Positions 49,178 through 57,503 of a DNA stretch of 64,000 bases are shown in pieces. A program made the translations under genes and the position numbers. The stretch spans positions 1,169 to 65,168 of the forward strand of contig JBEEMF010000086.1 of the NCBI GenBank assembly GCA_041192805.1. Reading direction: 5' to 3'. A model generated the notes under the pieces. That model was not told where the DNA came from. It was given only the letters and a program-made list of their open reading frames with translations, and did no database searches. This DNA is from Bacteroidota bacterium. Its GTDB lineage: Bacteria > Bacteroidota > Bacteroidia > NS11-12g > UBA955. Position 1 is the stretch's first letter; each line of letters opens with the position of its first letter.

Positions 49178-50013
49178 TGGCACATTATCAAATTGAGGAA
49201 AATCTTAGGACCACTAACGGCCAACGCGCTGTATCTTGGGCTATAGCTATGGTTGCATCTGCAATTATCTTGTTGATGCTTTATTTTGTGCATATTTCAA
49301 TTCCCAATCCCCCATTTGAAAATAAGAAAGGTGATTTGATATTGGACTTCGGAATGGTGGAAGACCCTAGTTTTGGTCGTCCTACCGACGGTGGCCCATC
49401 TCCAACTCCTCCAAAATTGGGCGGCGACCCCTCTGAAGGACCTAAATCCAATCAACCTCAAAGCGGTGGCGCGGGACCTGTAGTAACGAGTGAAGCGAAT
49501 CCAGAAACAACGAGTTTACCTCCTATCGATCCACCAAGTTCAGATCGACCTGCATCGGACAACCCTAAAATTAAGGTCGATATGACCAAAATCGGAAAAC
49601 GCGGCGGTAAGGGTGGCGAAGGTGATCCGAATGGTTGGAAAAACGGCAGCGGTAGCACTGGCTCAGGAAAAGGAGGCACAAATGGCGGAGTTACCGGTAA
49701 TTATGGTGATCGAGTAACTGGAAATAAGGGTGGTAAGAATTTTACCAATACATTCAAAAAATATGCGATGACTTCCAATTACGACAACCCAAGAACTGAT
49801 GCATTTGGTATAATTATCGCCAGGGTTCGAATTGACTGTACTGGAAAATATAGCGTAGTTGAATGGAACGTGAAAGGAACTTCATGGAACGGTGACAACA
49901 ACGATATGATGCGAATATTCCGTGATTTTTTGAATGATTCTAAATTCGACAAGAACGGTGAAGGCTGCGGTGAAAGTGCATTGGTGACATTAAACGTAAC
50001 GAAATCTTTTTAA
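49177..50013 (+). CDS. TonB-like energy-transducer family protein (putative)
   Basis: N-terminal TM (AIAMVASAIILLMLYFV), PNPPF...LILDFG motif, long P/G/S-rich linker, ~80-aa C-terminal globular domain. ATG overlaps the upstream TGA (TGATG). Confidence 0.45.
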   Translation: MAHYQIEENLRTTNGQRAVSWAIAMVASAIILLMLYFVHISIPNPPFENKKGDLILDFGMVEDPSFGRPTDGGPSPTPPKLGGDPSEGPKSNQPQSGGAGPVVTSEANPETTSLPPIDPPSSDRPASDNPKIKVDMTKIGKRGGKGGEGDPNGWKNGSGSTGSGKGGTNGGVTGNYGDRVTGNKGGKNFTNTFKKYAMTSNYDNPRTDAFGIIIARVRIDCTGKYSVVEWNVKGTSWNGDNNDMMRIFRDFLNDSKFDKNGEGCGESALVTLNVTKSF

Positions 50014-51329
50014 TGCCGAGGTTTACCTCGTATAGTGAAACCCTAGACTACATGTTTAGTCAATTACCCATGTTTCATAACATTGGGAAAGCCGCTTACA
50101 AGGCTGATTTAAACAATACGATTGCATTGCTTGAGGCCATCGGCAATCCTCACCGAGATCAAAAATGGATTCATGTCGCTGGGACCAATGGCAAAGGCTC
50201 CGTTTCTAGCCTATTGGCAGCCACGCTAACGCAGCACGGATACAAAACCGGGCTCTACACCTCTCCTCACCTATTAGACTTCACAGAGCGCATTCGCATC
50301 GATGGAAAATGCATCGAAGAGAAAACGGTAATTGATTTCATGAATGAGATCCATGAAACGCTGGATAGAATCAAACCCTCATTTTTTGAAATCACTGTTG
50401 CTTTGGCTTTTTATTATTTTAGAGCGGAGAAAATCGATATTGGGGTGATTGAAGTGGGACTCGGCGGGAGGTTGGATAGCACCAATGTTATCAAGCCTAT
50501 CCTATCTGTCATTACCAATATTGGCTGGGATCACATGGACCTCTTGGGCAATAGCATTGAAAAAATCGCATCAGAGAAGGCGGGGATCATTAAACGTGGA
50601 ATTCCTTTGGCTCTAGGCCCAATGCGAGATGAAGCGATGGATGTGATGAAGGCCGTTGCATCGGAAAATGGTGCTAGAATTTATCATGATTTGGCGGTGG
50701 ATGTTGGCTTCGTCCGACATTTAGCCTTAAAGGGTAGTTATCAGCTTGAGAATATTCAGACATTTGCTTGCGCTATCGAGGCATTAAAGGACTTGTGGTT
50801 TCCATTGAAGCGTAGTTTGATTCTTGAAGCCTTAGAAAATGTTGTAGCTCTCTCCGGATTACGAGGTCGTTGGGAAATCATTTCTAACAATCCTTGGACC
50901 GTAACCGATACAGCCCACAATTCTGATGGCGTACTAAGTACAATGTCGCAATTGAGTGAAAAATATATAAAGGCGGTGGATGATTGGAAAAACAATCTGA
51001 TTGCCAATCACTATTCCGCCGATGATATACTGGCACAACCACCGAGGATTAGAATGGTTTGGGGTATGGTTTCTGATAAAGACCGACAAAAAATCTTGGC
51101 GTTACTTCCAAAGGATGCGATTTATTACTACTGTAAGCCTAGCGTAATTAGGGGCTTGGCATCTGATGAACTGTCAAAAGAAGGCAATGAAATAGGATTA
51201 GAAGGTCGGCCTTTTGGCGATGTCAAATCGGCTTATATAAAAGCACTAGACGATGCGCGACCTCAGGATTTGATTTATGTTGGGGGCAGCACATTTGTGG
51301 TTGCTGATTTGCTTTTGCACTTGCAATAG
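50013..51329 (+). CDS. folC: bifunctional folylpolyglutamate synthase / dihydrofolate synthase
   Basis: 438 aa. P-loop HVAGTNGKGS and Mur-ligase-family blocks. ATG overlaps the upstream TAA (TAATG). Confidence 0.9.
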   Translation: MPRFTSYSETLDYMFSQLPMFHNIGKAAYKADLNNTIALLEAIGNPHRDQKWIHVAGTNGKGSVSSLLAATLTQHGYKTGLYTSPHLLDFTERIRIDGKCIEEKTVIDFMNEIHETLDRIKPSFFEITVALAFYYFRAEKIDIGVIEVGLGGRLDSTNVIKPILSVITNIGWDHMDLLGNSIEKIASEKAGIIKRGIPLALGPMRDEAMDVMKAVASENGARIYHDLAVDVGFVRHLALKGSYQLENIQTFACAIEALKDLWFPLKRSLILEALENVVALSGLRGRWEIISNNPWTVTDTAHNSDGVLSTMSQLSEKYIKAVDDWKNNLIANHYSADDILAQPPRIRMVWGMVSDKDRQKILALLPKDAIYYYCKPSVIRGLASDELSKEGNEIGLEGRPFGDVKSAYIKALDDARPQDLIYVGGSTFVVADLLLHLQ

Positions 51330-51352
51330 ATAAATTGATTATGAATTGAAAC

Positions 51353-51384
51353 AAAAAGAGGGAGCCGTTGGCTCCCTCTTTTTG
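51353..51384. terminator. bidirectional intrinsic terminator between folC and the POT transporter gene
   Basis: AGAGGGAGCC-GTT-GGCTCCCTCT hairpin flanked by AAAAA on the left and TTTTTGTTTG on the right. Confidence 0.85.
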
Positions 51385-51429
51385 TTTGTAAGAAACGAAG
51401 TGTTTGTTACAGGAAATTATTCATATGGC

Positions 51430-53439
51430 TTATCGCACACCATTCATCATCTTTAAGAGCTTACCACTCAAAAAGAACAATACGATTGATGCGGCTCCCG
51501 CCATAAATACGAACAACATGAAGAAATCATAAAGCGTTACGATTTTGAAATCATGATGAATAAAAAATGGTTTTTTAGGCTTCAAATTCCATGTCTGCAA
51601 TCTCTCCTGCTTAGTCGCGGTCTTTACACCATTGACGTTGGTAACGACGTCTACCGAATCGTGAGTGATAAGCGTAGTATCGTTTAACAAAATACCACGA
51701 TCAAAGTATTTATTATTCGATTTGATTACTTTCAAATGGAAAACCGAGATATTCTTCATAACAGCGGCCTGTTTGTGCATTGGACAAGTCCCACTGCTCA
51801 TGCATGAGTCTGTGCATACGTGTTTAGAGTTATCAGCAGCGGCAACAGTATTCATGGTCAAAGCAACCATAGAATCCGTTTCAGCATCTGCAGCCTTAAC
51901 CGTTTTTACCGTCGCTGTAGCCAAAGAATAAGTTCCTTTAGGATCAGCTTTCCATACATTGGTATCAAGCATGTTGCTGTTGAAGCTTGCCATCACAGAG
52001 GCATCTGCTTTGGCAGAATAACGCTTTTCCATTTTCACTTCTTCTGGATATAAAGCACTTAAAGTTCCTGCAAATTTGTTGGCAGCCGCAGTTGAAAGGA
52101 ACCATACGCCCATCAACAAAGAAGCCAATTTCACGGGAGCCAATTTGTTCACCATAGAAAGTCCGATAGGCGACAAACACAGCTCACCAAAGGTGTGAAT
52201 TGTATACAACGACACCAACCAAACCATGCTCAATTTTGTGCTAGGATCGATGCCTTTAACACCGAATGCGATTACTAGGTAACCCATAGCCAAAAGGAAC
52301 AATCCCATGGCCTGTTTAAAGGGCGATGCAGGTTCCATGTTTCTCTTGCCCATCCAACCCCATAACCAAACAAACAATGGCGCAAAGATTACGATTGCTA
52401 CCGCGTTGATACTCTGGAAATACGATGTTGGAATTGTGGTACCAAAGACTTCACGATTGGTTTGCTCTTCAGCGAAGTAGGTTAAAGATGCACCCGCTTG
52501 CTCAAACGCAGCCCAGAAAAATATAACAAAAAAAGCGGCAATATAAATCACCCAGATGCGCTGACGTTCAACAGTGCTCAGGGTTGGGTCGGTAATGATA
52601 TAACCTGGTGCAGCAATGGTTAATGAGAAAATAAATGATCCAATCCAATCCATCTCGGCTTGAAAATGAAACAGATAGAGCAACCCACCAAAAACAGCAG
52701 CCCAAATACCCATAGCGGTATAATTCACAGGCGCAGCAGCTTCGGTTTCTGATTTCACCTCACGGGCAGAGTTTGGTTTATCACCAATTTGCTCACCGGT
52801 TGGTGTTACGAGGTATTTATTTTTCAAAGTGATGAAAAGGATCAAACTGACAATCATACCTACACATGCAGCCATGAATCCCCAACGGAAATCAGCAGCA
52901 TTGCCTGTATCGCCCAAATAACCACACAACAAAGGCGCGATGAAAGCGCCCAAGTTGATACCCATATAGAATATCGTAAAGGCTGAATCTACACGCTTAT
53001 CTCCTGCTTGATATAACTGACCAACCATCGTAGAAATATTGGGTTTGAAGAATCCGTTACCGATGATCAAAAAGCCTAAACCCGTAAACATTAACGGCGC
53101 GGCAATTTCAATTTCTTGATAAAAAGTACCTGCAAAGAACATGAACAACTGTCCAATGGCCATTAATACTCCACCAATGACAATTGACTTGCGATTTCCC
53201 CAATAACGATCGGCCATATAACCACCCAAAAGAGGGGTTAAATAAACCAACCCGGTATAACTACCATAAATTTGAGATGCGTAGGCTTTGTCGAAAAGCA
53301 TCGCTTTCGCCATAAACAATACAAACAAGGCGCGCATGCCATAATAGCTAAAACGCTCCCACATTTCGGTCACGAACAAAACGTACAATCCCTTGGGATG
53401 TGATTTGTCGGAATACATTTGGTCTTCTGTTACACTCAT
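51430..53439 (-). CDS. proton-dependent oligopeptide transporter (POT/PTR2, DtpT-like) with ~170-aa extramembrane insertion before the last TM helix
   Basis: ExxERFxYYG-type motif (EMWERFSYYGMRA) and a PTR2 signature region (FTIFYMGINLGAFIAP). 669 aa. Confidence 0.88.
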   Translation of the reverse strand: MSVTEDQMYSDKSHPKGLYVLFVTEMWERFSYYGMRALFVLFMAKAMLFDKAYASQIYGSYTGLVYLTPLLGGYMADRYWGNRKSIVIGGVLMAIGQLFMFFAGTFYQEIEIAAPLMFTGLGFLIIGNGFFKPNISTMVGQLYQAGDKRVDSAFTIFYMGINLGAFIAPLLCGYLGDTGNAADFRWGFMAACVGMIVSLILFITLKNKYLVTPTGEQIGDKPNSAREVKSETEAAAPVNYTAMGIWAAVFGGLLYLFHFQAEMDWIGSFIFSLTIAAPGYIITDPTLSTVERQRIWVIYIAAFFVIFFWAAFEQAGASLTYFAEEQTNREVFGTTIPTSYFQSINAVAIVIFAPLFVWLWGWMGKRNMEPASPFKQAMGLFLLAMGYLVIAFGVKGIDPSTKLSMVWLVSLYTIHTFGELCLSPIGLSMVNKLAPVKLASLLMGVWFLSTAAANKFAGTLSALYPEEVKMEKRYSAKADASVMASFNSNMLDTNVWKADPKGTYSLATATVKTVKAADAETDSMVALTMNTVAAADNSKHVCTDSCMSSGTCPMHKQAAVMKNISVFHLKVIKSNNKYFDRGILLNDTTLITHDSVDVVTNVNGVKTATKQERLQTWNLKPKKPFFIHHDFKIVTLYDFFMLFVFMAGAASIVLFFLSGKLLKMMNGVR

Positions 53440-53586
53440 GATAGATTTCTTATTAATCTATCGGCCAAAATAGAAAGAAAAATTGAATCTCCATACGATT
53501 GTGGGTTTTTCATCCATGAAAAGTGAGTTTATGTGGGCAAATCGGCGGTGATTTATGAGTTTGGTATTAATTTGCAGGCTGAAACG

Positions 53587-54618
53587 ATGCTTACGGCCAA
53601 AGAAATAGCGACTCAGATTGGTGGAATATTAAATCTTCATGAATCTTCGGTAACAATTACCAATGCTGCCAAATTGGAAGAAGGCAATGCAAATTCATTG
53701 GGTTTTTTATCAAACCCCAAATATGAGCAAGCCCTTTATGAAACAAACTGTGGCGCGGTAATCGTCCCTAAGGATTTCAAACCGCAGCATCCGATTAGTG
53801 CGGTATTAATACACCACGACAATCCCTATTTTGCGTTTTGTACCATTTTGGGTAAACATTTCGACCCGAACAAACATTCTACAGGCATTGAATCGACCCA
53901 TATTCACCAAACGGCCATTGTTGGGAACGATGTGCATATTGGCTCCACCGCATATATCGAAGAAAACGTATCCATTGGAAATAACACGGTGATCTATCCT
54001 GGTGCTTACATCGGCAGAAATGTTCAAGTTGGCTACAATTGTATCATCTACCCCAACGTTGTTGTATACGCTGATTGTATCGTTGGAAACCATTGTATCA
54101 TTCAGGCAGGCAGTGTGATTGGTGGCGATGGTTTTGGCTTTGCGCCAGTGAATGGCAAATATGTCAAAATTCCTCAAGTGGGCAATGTAGTCCTGGAAGA
54201 TTGGGTTGAAATTGGAAGCAATTGCAGTATTGATAGAGCAACGATGGGAAGCACGGTTATTAAGACTGGGACCAAACTAGACAATCTAGTTCAGATCGCT
54301 CATAATGTTGAAGTCGGTGAGCATACAGTTATTGCGGCCCAAACAGGAATTTCAGGCAGTACCAAAATTGGTGGCTATTCTCAGTTTGGCGGTCAAGTGG
54401 GTGTTGCAGGACATTTAACCATCGCACCAAATACGTCGGTTGGCGGACAAGCGGGTATTACTGGAAATGTAACCGAAGAAAATCAAAAGCTAACGGGAAC
54501 CCCAGCAACGGACGTGAGAACTTTTTTAAAGAGCGTTGCTAACAATCGGAAGCTAGGTACCCTGATGCAAGAATTAGAATCACTAAAACGAGAATTAGAA
54601 TCATTTAAAAAACCATAG
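53587..54618 (+). CDS. lpxD: UDP-3-O-acylglucosamine N-acyltransferase
   Basis: Left-handed beta-helix hexapeptide repeats with an LpxD-type N-terminus (LTAKEIATQIGG...). ATG 53587 is preferred to the ORF-track GTG 53533. Confidence 0.9.
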   Translation: MLTAKEIATQIGGILNLHESSVTITNAAKLEEGNANSLGFLSNPKYEQALYETNCGAVIVPKDFKPQHPISAVLIHHDNPYFAFCTILGKHFDPNKHSTGIESTHIHQTAIVGNDVHIGSTAYIEENVSIGNNTVIYPGAYIGRNVQVGYNCIIYPNVVVYADCIVGNHCIIQAGSVIGGDGFGFAPVNGKYVKIPQVGNVVLEDWVEIGSNCSIDRATMGSTVIKTGTKLDNLVQIAHNVEVGEHTVIAAQTGISGSTKIGGYSQFGGQVGVAGHLTIAPNTSVGGQAGITGNVTEENQKLTGTPATDVRTFLKSVANNRKLGTLMQELESLKRELESFKKP

Positions 54619-54628
54619 TCAATCCACG

Positions 54629-56038
54629 ATGAATCAATTAAATCCAAAACAAACAACATTAAAATCCACCATCACCATTTCGGGTGTTGGTTTACATACC
54701 GGAGCCAACGTAACTTTAACACTAAACCCTGCGGCGGAAAATCACGGTTATAAATTCAGAAGAGTCGATTTAGAAGGCTCACCAATTATTGAAGCAGATT
54801 GCGATTTGGTGACCGATACGAGTCGTGGCACAACATTAACCAAGGGAAACGCGTCAGTTTCTACCGTAGAGCACGTATTAGCCGCTTTGGTAGGGATGGA
54901 AGTTGATAACGTACTCATCGACATCGATGGCCCTGAGATGCCAATCATGGATGGCAGCAGTCGTCCGTTCGTTGATTTCATCGAAGCCAATGAAATTGTA
55001 GAATTGGATGCGGAAAGAGAATATTTTGAAATTCCTTACAACATCAATTTTACCGATGAAGAAAATAAAGTAGAAATCATCGCGATGCCAGTGAACGACT
55101 ATCGTTTAACGGTAATGGTAGATTACAATTCTCCCGTTTTAGGCAGTCAACATGCGGCAATTACCAGTATGAGCGAATTCAAGAAAGAAATTTCACCTTG
55201 TCGGACTTTTTGCTTCCTGCACGAGTTAGAATATTTACTTCAAAACAATCTGATTAAGGGTGGGGACCTTAATAACGCAATCGTTGTAGTTGATAGAGAA
55301 ATTAAACAGGATGAATTGGATAGATTGGCTTCTGTATTTAATAAAAATACGGTTGAGGTAACTCAGAATGGGATCTTGAACAATTTGGATTTGCGTTTTC
55401 AAAATGAGCCGGCACGACACAAACTGCTTGATATGATTGGCGATTTGGCTTTGGTTGGAATGCCAATTAAAGGACAAATCATGGCGGCCAGACCAGGACA
55501 TGCCAGTAATGTGGCTTTTGCTAAGAAAATAAAACAAGTTATGAAAAAGGAATTGCGCAGAAAACAAGATGGGGCGCCGTATTACAACCCCAATGAAAAA
55601 CCGTTGTACGCAACCAAGGACATCATCAAAATGTTACCTCATGCCCACCCTTTTTTGTTGGTTGATAAGATTATTTCGAAAACAGAAAATACCATTGTGG
55701 GTATTAAGAACATCACTTTTGATCAACCTTTCTTTGCTGGACACTTTCCCGGAGACCCTATCATGCCGGGGGTTTTACAGCTTGAAGCGATGGCTCAATG
55801 TGGTGGTATTTTGATATTGAGTACGGTGGAGGATCCAGAAAACTATGGGACATATTTCTTGAAAATCGACAATACGAAATTCAAGGATAAAGTTGTTCCA
55901 GGGGATACATTAATTATGAAACTTGAGTTGATTGAACCTGTACGTCGTGGATTATGTATGATGCGGGGACGTGCTTGGGTAGGAGAAAAATTGGTTTGTG
56001 AATCAGAAATGATGGCTCAAATCGTAAAAATCGTTTAA
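54629..56038 (+). CDS. lpxC/fabZ: bifunctional UDP-3-O-acyl-GlcNAc deacetylase / 3-hydroxyacyl-ACP dehydratase (LpxC-FabZ fusion)
   Basis: N-terminal LpxC (ISGVGLHTG..., HASN...) and C-terminal FabZ (LPHAHPFLLVDKI..., FFAGHFPGDPIMPGVL). This fusion is typical of Bacteroidota. Confidence 0.93.
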   Translation: MNQLNPKQTTLKSTITISGVGLHTGANVTLTLNPAAENHGYKFRRVDLEGSPIIEADCDLVTDTSRGTTLTKGNASVSTVEHVLAALVGMEVDNVLIDIDGPEMPIMDGSSRPFVDFIEANEIVELDAEREYFEIPYNINFTDEENKVEIIAMPVNDYRLTVMVDYNSPVLGSQHAAITSMSEFKKEISPCRTFCFLHELEYLLQNNLIKGGDLNNAIVVVDREIKQDELDRLASVFNKNTVEVTQNGILNNLDLRFQNEPARHKLLDMIGDLALVGMPIKGQIMAARPGHASNVAFAKKIKQVMKKELRRKQDGAPYYNPNEKPLYATKDIIKMLPHAHPFLLVDKIISKTENTIVGIKNITFDQPFFAGHFPGDPIMPGVLQLEAMAQCGGILILSTVEDPENYGTYFLKIDNTKFKDKVVPGDTLIMKLELIEPVRRGLCMMRGRAWVGEKLVCESEMMAQIVKIV

Positions 56039-56061
56039 TTCGTAAAACTAAGACTTCAAAA

Positions 56062-56844
56062 ATGATTCAGCCACTGGCCTACGTACATCCCTCAGCAAAA
56101 ATATCAGATCACGTAATTATTGATCCATTTGTCACCATTCACGCCGATGTAGAAATTGGTGAAGGTACCCACGTTATGTCGGGTGCAACCATTTTTAAAG
56201 GAACTCGTATTGGAAAAAATTGTCGGATTTTCCCAGGTGCATCCATCGGTGCGATTCCCCAAGATTTAAAATTTGATGGCGAAGAAACACTAACTGTCAT
56301 TGGAAACAATACCACAATCCGCGAATACGTAACAATCAACAAGGGAACCAAGGCTTCCGGCGTTACAAAAGTGGGTAACAACGTTTTGTTGATGGCTTAT
56401 GTCCACTTAGCTCATGATGTTGTAATCGAGGATTGCTGTATTTTGGCGAACAGTGTACAAGTTGCAGGTCACGTAACGGTTGGTGAATGGGCGATTCTTG
56501 GTGGCGCTGCATTGGTGCATCAATTTGTCAAAATAGGACGTCACGCCATGATTAGCGGAGGCTCTTTGGTAAGAAAGGATGTCCCCCCCTATACAAAAGC
56601 AGCACGTGAACCATTGAGTTACGAAGGAGTTAATAGCGTAGGACTTAGAAGAAGAGAATTCTCAACCGAGAAGATTGCCGAAATACAGGATATCTATAGA
56701 ACCTTGTTTGTTAAAGGGTATAATACTGCCAAATCTCTTAAGATTATTGAAACCGAATTCTCTCCCACCACCGAAAGAGATGAGATTCTACAATTCATCA
56801 AAGAATCTGATCGTGGTATCATGAAAGGATACATCGCTAAATAA
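56062..56844 (+). CDS. lpxA: acyl-ACP--UDP-GlcNAc O-acyltransferase
   Basis: 260 aa with hexapeptide repeats and an LpxA C-terminal helical domain. Confidence 0.92.
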   Translation: MIQPLAYVHPSAKISDHVIIDPFVTIHADVEIGEGTHVMSGATIFKGTRIGKNCRIFPGASIGAIPQDLKFDGEETLTVIGNNTTIREYVTINKGTKASGVTKVGNNVLLMAYVHLAHDVVIEDCCILANSVQVAGHVTVGEWAILGGAALVHQFVKIGRHAMISGGSLVRKDVPPYTKAAREPLSYEGVNSVGLRRREFSTEKIAEIQDIYRTLFVKGYNTAKSLKIIETEFSPTTERDEILQFIKESDRGIMKGYIAK

Positions 56845-56846
56845 CG

Positions 56847-57503
56847 ATGAAAATAGTTTTTCAAGATTGTGGCAAAAACTACCATCGAACATGGTTGTTT
56901 AGACATTTGAATCTTGAGCTCAATTTGGGTAACGGTAATCAGCCATTACGATTGGCTGTTTTGGGAGGAAACGGCAGTGGGAAATCAACCCTCACCTTGA
57001 TGATTTCAGGTCAGACCAACCCAACAGAGGGAAGCATCGATTGGATAGATAGCCATGGCAAACTAATTCCTTCTGATTCATGGTATAAGCACATCGCACT
57101 TGCATCACCGGCCCTTGAATTACCTGAGGAATTCACCTTACAAGAATGGTTTAATTTTCACCACAGTGTTAAAGGGTTTGCTTCGGCTGTCACCTTAGAT
57201 CATTTGATCTCCATTTGTGGATTCTCGAGTAATACAAAATCCAAAGCGCTCCTCACCTTTTCTAGCGGAATGAAACAACGCGTAAAATTGTGTATGGCAT
57301 TGATGGGGACTGAATCCTTGGTGATTCTAGATGAACCACTAACTAACTTAGATGTCAGCGGCAATCAGTTGTACGATAACTTATTGAATACCTACCTGGG
57401 AAACCGTGCACTCATTGTCGCTTCAAATCGCGAGGATGAGCATAAAAAGTACTGTAATCAGATTTTGGATGTGAGCCAAATTAGTGCTGAACAATCAGTT
57501 TAA
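56847..57503 (+). CDS. orphan ABC-transporter ATP-binding protein
   Basis: Walker A GGNGSGKST, signature variant FSSGMKQR, Walker B LVILDEP. No permease gene is adjacent. Confidence 0.7.
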   Translation: MKIVFQDCGKNYHRTWLFRHLNLELNLGNGNQPLRLAVLGGNGSGKSTLTLMISGQTNPTEGSIDWIDSHGKLIPSDSWYKHIALASPALELPEEFTLQEWFNFHHSVKGFASAVTLDHLISICGFSSNTKSKALLTFSSGMKQRVKLCMALMGTESLVILDEPLTNLDVSGNQLYDNLLNTYLGNRALIVASNREDEHKKYCNQILDVSQISAEQSV

